A stretch of DNA of 32,000 nucleotides from positions 1,740,001-1,772,000 of the forward strand of contig NC_007969.1 of assembly GCF_000013905.1 (NCBI RefSeq). The letters run 5' to 3'. The position numbers and the translations under genes are program-made. The notes beneath the pieces are model-generated. The model was not told the DNA's origin. It made no database searches and saw only the letters and a list, made by a program, of their open reading frames with translations. This document shows positions 9,020 to 18,120 of the stretch, piece after piece. Source of the stretch: Psychrobacter cryohalolentis K5. Its GTDB lineage: Bacteria > Pseudomonadota > Gammaproteobacteria > Pseudomonadales > Moraxellaceae. The first letter of the stretch is position 1, and each line of letters begins with the position of its first letter.

Positions 9020-9715
9020 TCAACCTGATGGGCGCTTTTTTCTTGGCTGTCTTTTTTCTGGTAGATTGTCTGATACATAGTTGTATACGAAGGCTGCGCT
9101 CAAAACAATAGTAATAGGCAAAAACAACGCACCATAGCCGACTCTGGCATATAAAAAAGCACCTACGGCACTGCCAGCGCAAAAACAGTACCAAATAATC
9201 GCCTGAAAACCTAATGTTGGCTTACTGATACGACGACCCGCCAGCCAATTACCGATGGCAGCGCCCATATCTGAGGTTAGTCCTGTTAAATGCGTGGTAC
9301 GAATCACTGCACCGCTATAAGTTGCAACCATTGCATTCTGTAAGCCACATGCCATAGCAGCGGCAAGCTGTCCTAGATAATCATGCTGCTGGTATAACCA
9401 ATAGCCTATTAACAATAATGCCGCTTCAATGTAAAGCGCATTGCCATAACGTCGACCAAGCTTCAATGACGTCTGACCGATAACAAAACCACTTAATACA
9501 GCCCCTGCCAAAAAAGACAGCAGTAACGCGCCGATAAATAAAAGGCTTCGAATGTCTAAATAAGCGATGGCAGCGGCAAACAAGCTTACGTTACCTGTCA
9601 CATGCGAAACAGATAAATTGGTAAAACCCATTAATGCTGCCGTATTGACACAGCCTGCACTGAATGCCAATACGGCGCCACCCCACAATATCCATCTTGG
9701 TAGTTTGGTTATCAT
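9020..9715 (-). CDS. YoaK/DUF1275 family inner-membrane protein
   Basis: 231-aa multi-TM ORF. GCVNTAALMGFTNLSVSHVTGNVS and the later IRTTHLTGLTSDMG are characteristic DUF1275 motifs. Confidence 0.7.
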   Translation of the reverse strand: MITKLPRWILWGGAVLAFSAGCVNTAALMGFTNLSVSHVTGNVSLFAAAIAYLDIRSLLFIGALLLSFLAGAVLSGFVIGQTSLKLGRRYGNALYIEAALLLIGYWLYQQHDYLGQLAAAMACGLQNAMVATYSGAVIRTTHLTGLTSDMGAAIGNWLAGRRISKPTLGFQAIIWYCFCAGSAVGAFLYARVGYGALFLPITIVLSAAFVYNYVSDNLPEKRQPRKKRPSG

Positions 9716-9760
9716 ATTCGTCGCTTAATGGCTTATCAGCAAAAAACCCATAGTATAGTC

Positions 9761-9784
9761 AAAAAAGACAGCCGATTGGCTGCC
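9761..9784 (-). terminator. Intrinsic terminator after fabI
   Basis: The minus strand reads GGCAGCCAATCGGCTGTCTTTTTT: a short GC stem with one mismatch, followed by a T6 run. Confidence 0.5.
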
Positions 9785-9826
9785 TTCCTTACTTCTCATT
9801 ATATATCGTTGAGGATTGCCTTTTAA

Positions 9827-10633
9827 CTATTTCGGCTCATCAAGCATCATTAGCTGCTCGCTGATCGCAACCGTATTGAAACCGGCATCAACAAACATAA
9901 TCTCGCCAGTGATACCAGATGCCCAAGGCGACAATAAAAATAGCGCGGCATTACCGACTTCAGCTTGAGTAATATTACGCTGTAGAGGTGCAATCTTTTC
10001 ACTGATATCGAGCATTTTACGGAATGACTTGATGCCACTGGCGGCAAGCGTACGAATAGGACCTGCCGAGATCGCGTTGACGCGAATACCCTCACCGCCC
10101 ATAGAAGTTGCAAGGTAGCGAACACTGGCTTCAAGACTCGCCTTTGCCATACCCATGACGTTGTAGTTTGGCAATACTGAAATACTGCCTTCATAAGTCA
10201 ACGTCAACATTGAGCCGTGGCGCATAGCAAGTAGCTCACGCGATGCTTTTGCCAATGCCACAAAGCTATAGCTTGAGATATCATGGGCGATATGACTGCC
10301 TTCACGGGTTGTCGCATTGACAAAATCACCATCAAGCTGATCCATCGGTGCAAAGCCAATCGCATGTACTACGCCATTGATGCCATCGCCCCAATGGGCA
10401 GTGACTTGCTCAAAACAAGCCGCAATAGACGCATCTGATGCCACGTCACACTCAAGGACCAAGTCCGCCTCAAATGCTTCAGCCGCCATATCTACCCGTT
10501 TTTTGATTTTATCATTAGGATAAGTCAAAATTAACGACGCGCCTTCACGATGTAGTGCTTCAGCGATTGCCCAAGCGATAGATAGTTTGCTAGCGATGCC
10601 TGTAACGACAAAACGCTGTCCTTGTAATAGCAT
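9827..10633 (-). CDS. fabI: Enoyl-[acyl-carrier-protein] reductase (NADH), FabI
   Basis: 268 aa. It has the N-terminal [13 protein letters not shown] dinucleotide-binding motif, the Y..MG.AK catalytic region ([12 protein letters not shown]), and [18 protein letters not shown] is the RBS. Confidence 0.9.
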   Translation of the reverse strand: MLLQGQRFVVTGIASKLSIAWAIAEALHREGASLILTYPNDKIKKRVDMAAEAFEADLVLECDVASDASIAACFEQVTAHWGDGINGVVHAIGFAPMDQLDGDFVNATTREGSHIAHDISSYSFVALAKASRELLAMRHGSMLTLTYEGSISVLPNYNVMGMAKASLEASVRYLATSMGGEGIRVNAISAGPIRTLAASGIKSFRKMLDISEKIAPLQRNITQAEVGNAALFLLSPWASGITGEIMFVDAGFNTVAISEQLMMLDEPK

Positions 10634-10980
10634 AATATTTCCTTTTAAGTCAATTTAGGTCATTTAAATGATCGATTATTTTTAATAGTTGGCTAACAAA
10701 TAGCGAGTGGAAGTACCAATTGAAAGATGAGTTATTATACACGAATTGATTTAAGTAAACAGTCGTAAACTGTATTTGCTTACACTGTATTAATGCCTAA
10801 TCCCGCTCAATAATACCATTTAATATTGATAAAACGGTGAACTACCGGCTACAGCAGTAGGAAGTTAAGTAGATTTCGAGTATAATCACAGCCCTCCCAG
10901 CTTGCACAATTTTTATAATAATCCTTTACAACCATTGTTTGTAACTAAGGATTTAGCGTTAAGCTACACCCACATTTTGG

Positions 10981-11592
10981 ATGGCTGCCAAACTTATGAG
11001 CAATACTGCAACAATAGCATCAGACTACCAAGAAAGCATCGAATCCTATCGCCAGCTCATCGCCTCAACGGGTGAGGACTTGCATCGTCCAGGACTTGAA
11101 GACACCCCAACACGTGCTGCCAAAGCATTTGCGCATTTGACCAAAGGCTATCATCAAAGCTTAGATGAAGTCGTTAATGACGCTTTGTTTCCATCGACCA
11201 ACCGTGAGCTGGTATTGGTGCAAAATATTGAGTTTTATTCATTGTGCGAGCACCATATGTTGCCTTTTCACGGTGTTGCGCACATTGGTTATTTACCAAA
11301 CGGTCAAGTGTTAGGGCTGTCTAAATTTGCTCGTATCGTCGATATGTTTTCTCGTCGCTTGCAAGTTCAAGAAAATTTAAGCGAACAAATAGCGCAGACG
11401 ATTATGGATGTGACAGGTTGCCGCGGTGTAGCTGTCGTGATGGATGCCGCTCACATGTGTATGATGATGCGCGGTGTCAATAAGCAACACTCTACTACGC
11501 GCACAATGTCGATGTTAGGTGAGTATGTACATGACAATCAAGCGCGCAATGAGTTTTTAGATGCTGTACCGAAGCGTAAACCTGCTTTTTAA
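10981..11592 (+). CDS. folE: GTP cyclohydrolase I (type 1), FolE
   Basis: The CEHHMLPF and HMCMMMRGV motifs are present. The start is uncertain: the ATG at 10981 or at 10996, neither with a clear RBS. Confidence 0.9.
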   Translation: MAAKLMSNTATIASDYQESIESYRQLIASTGEDLHRPGLEDTPTRAAKAFAHLTKGYHQSLDEVVNDALFPSTNRELVLVQNIEFYSLCEHHMLPFHGVAHIGYLPNGQVLGLSKFARIVDMFSRRLQVQENLSEQIAQTIMDVTGCRGVAVVMDAAHMCMMMRGVNKQHSTTRTMSMLGEYVHDNQARNEFLDAVPKRKPAF

Positions 11593-11620
11593 TGTTGAAG
11601 ATTAATATTACCTAGTTATA

Positions 11621-11646
11621 AAAAGGACGCTCATGCGTCCTTTTCT
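11621..11646 (+). terminator. Intrinsic terminator after folE
   Basis: aaAAGGACGCtcatGCGTCCTTttc: 8-bp stem, 4-nt loop, then a T-run. Confidence 0.7.
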
Positions 11647-11726
11647 TGATTATCTTTTTAGTATTTCAAATATAGTTCACTGGCCATAATCCATTCAATA
11701 GTGATAAGAACATGATTAGACTTCAT

Positions 11727-11764
11727 AAAAAAACCTGCCGTATGGCTACGACAGGTTAAAAAAA
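11727..11764 (-). terminator. Intrinsic terminator after the autotransporter gene
   Basis: aaaaaaaCCTGCCGTAtggcTACGACAGGttaaaaaaa: 11-bp stem with one mismatch. It is flanked by A-runs, which give a T-run on the minus strand. Confidence 0.6.
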
Positions 11765-11781
11765 CTAAATCAATAAAATGA

Positions 11782-13203
11782 CTATCGACCAAATATGTAC
11801 GACATACCAACTCGGCCGCCGAACTTTGAATCAGCAAAACCAAATGCACCACTGACTGACGTGCGACCATTATCTAACATTGTAGCGGCACCAATAGCTA
11901 AAGCACTTTCACCCTCATAATGACCCATACCACCAAACACAGCAACCTTGCCTGGTTGGAGATTGGGGATAGCCTGTTGTGTTGCTAAAGAAATAGCCAC
12001 GCCACTATTGGCTGTTTTTTCCACATCATCGACTCGACGATTTATGCCGTTAGAATAATTCTGAAAGCTGTTATTCAAAACGTCATACTTAGTATCAGTA
12101 TAAGTATTGGCATCAGTCACTGCTTTGAGCCTAGCCGTATTTAATTGTGTGACATTAACCGCATCAGAACCCTGTGTACCAGCTGCCACATTAATTATCT
12201 GACGCTCACTACCTACTGAGCCAACTGATACTGTGTTATCACGGTTTGCTGTGGAGTCACTTCCAAGCACAACTGAGTTATTCACACCCGTACTGATGCC
12301 GTTTCCTAAAACTACTGTGTTGTTGCCAGTGACCGTATTATTATTGCCGAAGCTATAGCTACCTGAGCCACTTACTGTGCTTGGATCGCCAATTGCACCA
12401 GAGTTTTTACCGGTTACTAAATTGCCCACACCAATACTAATAGATTGGCTGCCTTCAGCTACTGCGCCATTACCTATTGCAATAGAATCTTTACCTGTGG
12501 CTTGGGCTGGTGTCGCTGTACTATTAGAGGTCTGTATAGCAACATTGATATTAGCATCCTTACCTGCCTCACCTTTAGCGCCAGTCAAACCTTGGATGCC
12601 TTGTTCCCCTTGAGCACCAGTTAGACCGATGTCGCCTTTATCACCCTTGGCGCCAGTTTCGCCTTTGGCACCAATTTCACCCTGTAGGCCTTTAGCACCA
12701 GTATCACCTTTAGCACCGGTCAGACCTTGAATGCCTTGTACGCCCTTAGCACCAGTTAGACCGATATCACCTTTGTCTCCCTTGGCGCCAGTATCTCCTG
12801 TAGCACCCGTCAGACCTTGGATACCTTGTTCGCCCTTAGCACCAGTTAGACCGATGTCGCCTTTGGCACCAATTTCACCCTGTAGGCCTTGAATACCTTG
12901 AATACCTTGATCACCTTTAGCGCCAGTTTCACCCTGTATGCCCTGAGCACCAGTATCACCTTTAGCACCATCCATACCAGCAGGACCCATAGGACCTGGC
13001 ATTCCAGAGTATCCACAATCCCATGGATGCATATCGCAATAAGGATCATATGCCATGGCAGACTCTGTTGTTAACCATATGCCGCTAACTGCTAGCATAC
13101 TGATTGTTAAAAATGATATTTTTATATTTGCTCCGCGCATTTTATTATCGGCAGAATTTACTACTACAAGACCCGACACTGTATTCAATTCTCTTTTTAA
13201 CAT
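11782..13203 (-). CDS. YadA-type trimeric autotransporter adhesin with an N-terminal collagen-like (G-X-Y)50 tract
   Basis: - Preferred start is the ATG at 13203, with AAGGAAG 6 nt upstream. The tracked GTG at 13227 and the ATG at 13140 lack an RBS.
- Signal peptide: ...ISMLAVSGIWLTTESAMA/YD.
- 50 uninterrupted GXY triplets.
- Head-like repeats: SIAIGNGAVAEGSQSISIGVGN...NSVVLGSDS...NTVSVGS.
- Neck-like motif: INVAAGTQGSDAVNVTQLN.
- C-terminal beta-anchor: VAVFGGMGHYEGESALAIGAA...GGRVGMSYIF. Confidence 0.8.
   Translation of the reverse strand: MLKRELNTVSGLVVVNSADNKMRGANIKISFLTISMLAVSGIWLTTESAMAYDPYCDMHPWDCGYSGMPGPMGPAGMDGAKGDTGAQGIQGETGAKGDQGIQGIQGLQGEIGAKGDIGLTGAKGEQGIQGLTGATGDTGAKGDKGDIGLTGAKGVQGIQGLTGAKGDTGAKGLQGEIGAKGETGAKGDKGDIGLTGAQGEQGIQGLTGAKGEAGKDANINVAIQTSNSTATPAQATGKDSIAIGNGAVAEGSQSISIGVGNLVTGKNSGAIGDPSTVSGSGSYSFGNNNTVTGNNTVVLGNGISTGVNNSVVLGSDSTANRDNTVSVGSVGSERQIINVAAGTQGSDAVNVTQLNTARLKAVTDANTYTDTKYDVLNNSFQNYSNGINRRVDDVEKTANSGVAISLATQQAIPNLQPGKVAVFGGMGHYEGESALAIGAATMLDNGRTSVSGAFGFADSKFGGRVGMSYIFGR
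12556..13005 (-). repeat. Collagen-like G-X-Y coding repeat (150 codons) with long internal exact DNA repeats
   Basis: Triplets run GMP GPM GPA GMD GAK GDT ... GEA GKD, which I counted as 50. A 27-nt exact repeat lies at 12613-12639 and 12838-12864. A 32-nt exact repeat lies at 12661-12692 and 12859-12890. Confidence 0.9.
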
Positions 13204-13395
13204 AACTCTTCCTTGTAATTTACACACTAAGAAATTCCAATCTAGCCATCAAAAATAACATTAAATTTCAATTATTACTAAACTGATACATTGTACTAAT
13301 AATTATGACATGAAAATTTAAGAAAATATATTCATTTTTTTGATAGATAGATATGTTCTCTATTATGTTCAATAAGACTATATAGCATCACATAC

Positions 13396-13447
13396 AAAAA
13401 CCGCTTATCATATCAGTAGTTAACTACTGATATGATAAGCGGTTTTT
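13396..13447 (-). terminator. 52-bp perfect palindrome, likely the msrAB terminator
   Basis: AAAAACCGCTTATCATATCAGTAGTT|AACTACTGATATGATAAGCGGTTTTT. The arms are 26 bp with no mismatches, and an A5/T5 run sits at each end. Confidence 0.7.
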
Positions 13448-13470
13448 GATTTCTTATGACAGTAAGGGAA

Positions 13471-14721
13471 TTAGCTAGCTGATTTTACGTCATTGATCCA
13501 TCTACCATAGCCAGCCGCTTCCATCTGCGCCAGTGGGATAAAACGCATTGCTGCTGAGTTCATGCAATAGCGCTTACCCGTCGGTGCCGGACCATCGTCA
13601 AATACATGACCGACGTGTGAATCTGCATAACGGCTACGAATCTCGGTACGGGTGCCAAATATTCCTCGATCTGCCTTTTCTACGACAAAGCTAGCATTCA
13701 GTGGACGAGTAAAGCTCGGCCAACCTGTACCGGACTTGTATTGATCACGAGACGAATATAATGGTTCACCTGATACTACATCGACATACAGTCCAGGTTC
13801 TTTATTATCCCAATATTCGTTATCAAAAGCGCGCTCAGTACTATCTTCCTGAGAGACTTTATATTGAATGTCACTTAGTGATTTTTTAAGATCAGCTTTT
13901 GTCGGTTTTACAAAGGTATCTGGGTCAAAGCCTGCACTTGTCTTAACTGTCGACGGCTTTACTGCAGCTGACGAGGTATTCGACATTGCTGACTTTGCAC
14001 TGGTTACAGTCGGTTTGAATTGGTTGAAATCTAACTCATATTTTTTGCCATAGACACTTTCAATGAACTGGTAGCGACCAGAGTTAAACGTATAGGCCTT
14101 ATAACGTAGTGGATTCTTTTTGTAATAATCCTGATGATACTCTTCTGCTGGATAAAATTCGCTAACAGGCACAATCTCGATTACGACTGGCTTTTTATAG
14201 ACGCCAGAGGCTTGCAGCGATTGCTTGGCAGCTTCGGCTATCTGTTTTTCTTGCTCACTATTATAAAAAATAGCTGGGCGATACTGGGTGCCTCTATCTA
14301 CAAACTGACCTTTATCATCAGTAGGATCAGCGATTCGCCATAGTGCTTGAACGATACCATTGTAGGTAATCTTGGTCGGATCATAATAAACTTGAGCCGC
14401 TTCCGTATGACCCGTACCACCTGCTGATACTTGTTTATAAGTTGGGTTTTTAGATTCGCCACCTGTATAACCTGACACCACCTCTACCACACCAGGAATC
14501 TTTTCATAACCCGCCTCGACACACCAAAAGCAGCCACCAGCGACCGTCGCTACTGCTAAATTAGGGTCAGTAGGCGCATAAGGATTGTCAATGGAAACAT
14601 CTTTTATGGTAGGCGGTTTTTCAGTGGAGGCGCAACCGACATAAAAGACACTGCTCGCTACTATCGCCATACCCACGACTTTAGCTGGTAATTTATAATT
14701 CACTAATAATCGGTGTGTCAT
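13471..14721 (-). CDS. msrAB: Exported bifunctional methionine sulfoxide reductase MsrA-MsrB
   Basis: - The N-terminal hydrophobic signal ends in ...SSVFYVGC, which is possibly a lipobox.
- MsrA motif: GGCFWCVE.
- MsrB motifs: [15 protein letters not shown] and [11 protein letters not shown].
- AGGAG lies 6 nt before the ATG. Confidence 0.9.
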   Translation of the reverse strand: MTHRLLVNYKLPAKVVGMAIVASSVFYVGCASTEKPPTIKDVSIDNPYAPTDPNLAVATVAGGCFWCVEAGYEKIPGVVEVVSGYTGGESKNPTYKQVSAGGTGHTEAAQVYYDPTKITYNGIVQALWRIADPTDDKGQFVDRGTQYRPAIFYNSEQEKQIAEAAKQSLQASGVYKKPVVIEIVPVSEFYPAEEYHQDYYKKNPLRYKAYTFNSGRYQFIESVYGKKYELDFNQFKPTVTSAKSAMSNTSSAAVKPSTVKTSAGFDPDTFVKPTKADLKKSLSDIQYKVSQEDSTERAFDNEYWDNKEPGLYVDVVSGEPLYSSRDQYKSGTGWPSFTRPLNASFVVEKADRGIFGTRTEIRSRYADSHVGHVFDDGPAPTGKRYCMNSAAMRFIPLAQMEAAGYGRWINDVKSAS

Positions 14722-14825
14722 GAAAGGCTCCTAAGGGTAATATCATGTAACCATCGTAACCCTTAGGTCTCACAGAAATATTCCTAAAGTGTTGTTTATA
14801 TACACCATATTTAATGAATGGCCAT

Positions 14826-14859
14826 AAAAAAAGCTTATTACCTTTCGATAATAAGCTTT
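14826..14859 (-). terminator. Intrinsic terminator after the alcohol dehydrogenase gene
   Basis: AAAGCTTATTA cctttcga TAATAAGCTTT: 11-bp stem and 8-nt loop. The A-run on the plus strand gives a T-run on the minus strand. Confidence 0.65.
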
Positions 14860-14898
14860 CTATTAATTCATGACTAGGTTATTCATTTAGCAAATCAT

Positions 14899-16224
14899 CT
14901 ATGCAACTTTATCGCTCTTAACATCAGTATCGGCATGCTCATCACTGGCTTGCTGAATCTTCGTTAAAATGCTCTTGATTTCAGATGCTGACAGATACGT
15001 TGGCACCGCATAAGTATCGCTGACTTCTTTAGCTGCGGCTTTAGCAATGCTATCAAAGTCAGTGGTTTTCATACCTTTAACCGTTGGATCAATATTTAAA
15101 GTAGCGATCAATTCGCGAACTTGCGCAATCAGATTATCTGCAATCACAGCATCACTCTTGCCGGCTTGACCATCCTTAACCATACCCGTTTTTCTAGCCA
15201 GATCTGCTAGTCTCTTTTTGCTTGCTTGACGATTGACATCAAGTACATAAGGTAACACGATGGCATTGGCGCGACCATGCGGAATACTATAATACGCACC
15301 AAGCTGATGAGCGATGGCATGGACATAGCCAAGGCCCGCTTTATTAAAGGCAATACCGCCGTAGTGAGCGGCAATACCCATTGCTTCTCTGGCTTTGAGA
15401 TTGCCGCCGTCTTTATATACTACTGGCAGATTCTGCATAACTGACTTCACCGCAGAAGCCGCATAATAGTCGGTCTCGACGCTCGCATTAGCACTCATCC
15501 AAGCTTCTAAGGCGTGGGTCAACACATCGATACCCGTATCCGCTGTGATATGAGCCGGCATCCCTTTCATAATAACTGGGTCAATAGCGGCGGCTAATGG
15601 CACCATTCTTGGGTCGATAGATAGTGCTTTTTGATGGGTTTTATCATCTGATACAACTGCACCAAGTGTCGCTTCCGAACCAGTACCCGCAGTTGTAGGC
15701 ACACAGTACAGCGGTACAGAAGGCTTTCGTGCTTTAAGAATGCCGATAAGTTGCTGCGGCTTGCAGTTGTTACCTTGTGACATAGCAATCATTTTAGCTG
15801 CATCAATCACAGAGCCGCCGCCGATAGCAATAATAGAATCGCATTTAGCATCAACGGAGATGCGTAGCCCTTCTTCAACCACTTTAAAAGTAGGGTCTGG
15901 CGTAATACCGTCATAGACTTTATAGCGGATATTTTTGCTATCTAGATAATCAGTGACTTTTGCAGGTATACCAAGCTTATTCAATACCGCATCAGTGACG
16001 ATAAAGACATTGGTGCTACCTTCATTAATAAGCATGTCGCATAGCTCATCACAAGAGCTTTCGCCGACGAATAACATCGGTCTTCTAATCGGGATAACAT
16101 AAGCAAAGGCTTTTAGTACTTTGGCGCGTGTCTTGGCAACGGCTAAATAGCCAGCATGCTGTAATCCATCGGTACTTACTAACTTATTACTTACTAATTT
16201 AGCAATACTATTTTGTTTTTTCAT
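14899..16224 (-). CDS. Iron-containing (group III) alcohol dehydrogenase
   Basis: 441 aa with GGGSVIDAAK, TTAGTGSE and the His-rich metal site (HALEAW...HAIAHQLG...PHG). The substrate cannot be called from sequence alone. Confidence 0.8.
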   Translation of the reverse strand: MKKQNSIAKLVSNKLVSTDGLQHAGYLAVAKTRAKVLKAFAYVIPIRRPMLFVGESSCDELCDMLINEGSTNVFIVTDAVLNKLGIPAKVTDYLDSKNIRYKVYDGITPDPTFKVVEEGLRISVDAKCDSIIAIGGGSVIDAAKMIAMSQGNNCKPQQLIGILKARKPSVPLYCVPTTAGTGSEATLGAVVSDDKTHQKALSIDPRMVPLAAAIDPVIMKGMPAHITADTGIDVLTHALEAWMSANASVETDYYAASAVKSVMQNLPVVYKDGGNLKAREAMGIAAHYGGIAFNKAGLGYVHAIAHQLGAYYSIPHGRANAIVLPYVLDVNRQASKKRLADLARKTGMVKDGQAGKSDAVIADNLIAQVRELIATLNIDPTVKGMKTTDFDSIAKAAAKEVSDTYAVPTYLSASEIKSILTKIQQASDEHADTDVKSDKVA

Positions 16225-16433
16225 GGGTATAAAAATCCTTTTTTAATGATGCTTTTAATGGTAATAATGACCGTTTGAACTAACCGAATAAATCAAGGTT
16301 CAAATAATATACATAGGACTAGGTTCTATATAAAGTAAACTACTGTCCAAACTTATTGTACCATTGCGATTTTTGGTATGTCGCTATTAGTATGAACTGC
16401 TATGTTCTGAGTATTTAATATCATTTACTTAGG

Positions 16434-18119
16434 CTATATCACACTCGCCTGAAATAATTGCTTTGCATACGGATGTTGTGGATTATTAAACACGTCTTCG
16501 GTACGCCCAAACTCAATGCACTTGCCTTCTTTTAACACTATAATTTGCTGACACAAGGCACGGACTACTTTTAAATCATGACTGATAAACACATAGCTGA
16601 TTTGCAGTTTCTCTTGAATTTCACGTAGCAAATTTACTACAGTGACTTGCGTAGTGCTATCAAGCGCAGACGTTGGCTCATCCAATATTAAGAGACTTGG
16701 CTGCATAATGAGTGCGCGCGCAAGCGCCACCCGTTGACGCTGACCACCTGATAGCTCGTGCGGATAACGCTGCGCAAACTCTAACGGTAAATGCACGGTA
16801 GCAAGACTGTTCATTACTGCCTGCTGACGTGCTACTTTAACAACGCCTTGTACTAACAGCCCTTCTTCGACGATTTCCATGACAGTCATACGAGGGTTGA
16901 TACTGGCAAATGGATCTTGAAAAACCATTTGAATCTGTGAGCGGAAGGTGCGCAAATCACGTTTTGATAACGCCGCAATATCTTGATTATTCACCACTAC
17001 CTGACCACTGACACGCGCTTGATTGCTAAGTAACTGACTTAACGCAAGGGCAATTGTTGTTTTACCCGAGCCTGACTCACCAACGATGCCCAATGCCTGA
17101 CCTTTTTGCAGGCTCATATCGACGTCTTTAACAGCCTCGAACCAGCGTTTGGTACCGCCAAACAGACTTTTTTCAATTGGAAACTGTACGTGTAAATTGC
17201 TGACTTGCAATACGGTTGATTGCTGAATTTTATCATCATTAGAGAAGTTCAGCGCTTGGCCAAAGTCTTGTTTGATTAGCGAGCGGGTATATTCTGCTTT
17301 AGGCTGACTAAATACCGCTGCAGTTCTACCCTGCTCAATAGTCTGCCCTTGACGCATAACGATGACTTCATCACTGTAGCGCCTGACCAGATTGAGGTCA
17401 TGGCTAATCAATATCATCGCCATATCGTGCTGACGTTTAAGATTATCTAATAGAGCGAGAATCTCATGTTGCAAGGTTACATCAAGCGCGGTGGTTGGCT
17501 CATCAGCGATTAAGATGTCAGGTTGCTGCGCTAATGCCATGGCAATCATCACCCGCTGACGCTGACCACCCGATAACTCATGCGGATAGCGATTTAGCTT
17601 ATCAGTAGGATCGGTGATATTGACATCATTTAACAAGGCGATACTTTTTTCATGCCATTGATTTTTGGATACTCCGATTAGACGGAGCGATTCTGCAATT
17701 TGTTTGGCAACTGTATGCAATGGATTAAGCGCTGTCATTGGCTCTTGGAACACCATGCCGATGCGCTGACCACGTACATCACGTAGAGCTGCATTACGTG
17801 TTCTATCGTTGGCTATCGGTAATGTAGTCATTCCTACTGTATCTGCTAACTGCACTTTACCAGTAACGGTCAAACTATCTGGGAGCAAGCCTAATAGCGC
17901 GAGACTTGCGATCGATTTGCCAGAGCCTGATTCACCAACGATGGCTAGTGTTTGACCTTGCCTGAGCTCATACGTTAGCTTATCGACTAAAACAGTACCC
18001 GAAGTGGTTGCAATGTTAAGCTTATCCACTGTCAGCATGAGCTTATTTGATAAATTGCTATGATTGTCATTTAAAAGACTATTTTGCTCAGTAGCAGTTG
18101 TCATATTCTCAGTTGTCAT
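16434..18119 (-). CDS. yejF: ABC transporter ATP-binding protein with two fused ATPase domains (YejF-like)
   Basis: It has two Walker A sites (GESGSGKS, GESGSGKT) and two LSGGQRQRV signatures. The preferred start is the ATG at 18119, 1 nt after the yejE stop. The tracked start at 18164 would overlap yejE by 44 nt. Confidence 0.8.
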   Translation of the reverse strand: MTTENMTTATEQNSLLNDNHSNLSNKLMLTVDKLNIATTSGTVLVDKLTYELRQGQTLAIVGESGSGKSIASLALLGLLPDSLTVTGKVQLADTVGMTTLPIANDRTRNAALRDVRGQRIGMVFQEPMTALNPLHTVAKQIAESLRLIGVSKNQWHEKSIALLNDVNITDPTDKLNRYPHELSGGQRQRVMIAMALAQQPDILIADEPTTALDVTLQHEILALLDNLKRQHDMAMILISHDLNLVRRYSDEVIVMRQGQTIEQGRTAAVFSQPKAEYTRSLIKQDFGQALNFSNDDKIQQSTVLQVSNLHVQFPIEKSLFGGTKRWFEAVKDVDMSLQKGQALGIVGESGSGKTTIALALSQLLSNQARVSGQVVVNNQDIAALSKRDLRTFRSQIQMVFQDPFASINPRMTVMEIVEEGLLVQGVVKVARQQAVMNSLATVHLPLEFAQRYPHELSGGQRQRVALARALIMQPSLLILDEPTSALDSTTQVTVVNLLREIQEKLQISYVFISHDLKVVRALCQQIIVLKEGKCIEFGRTEDVFNNPQHPYAKQLFQASVI

Positions 18120-18120
18120 A

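Noticed and set aside
8880-9194. 104-aa minus-strand ORF spanning the yoaK 3' end and lying antisense to the small acidic ORF
   Set aside because: It overlaps the well-supported DUF1275 gene out of frame. It is Cys/Arg-rich nonsense with no RBS.
10770-10800. CTGT-N8-ACAC and repeated ACTGTAT motifs in the fabI/folE divergent intergenic region, which resemble a LexA/SOS box
   Set aside because: The match to CTGT-N8-ACAG is imperfect. The half-site orientation is ambiguous. As far as I know, Moraxellaceae lack a canonical LexA. This is too weak to call a regulatory site.
12377-13074. ORFs 12377-12613 (+), 12846-13049 (-) and 12889-13074 (+) overlapping the adhesin gene
   Set aside because: The 9-nt periodic G-X-Y coding repeat keeps alternative frames and the antisense strand free of stops. 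Their products are low-complexity artefacts.
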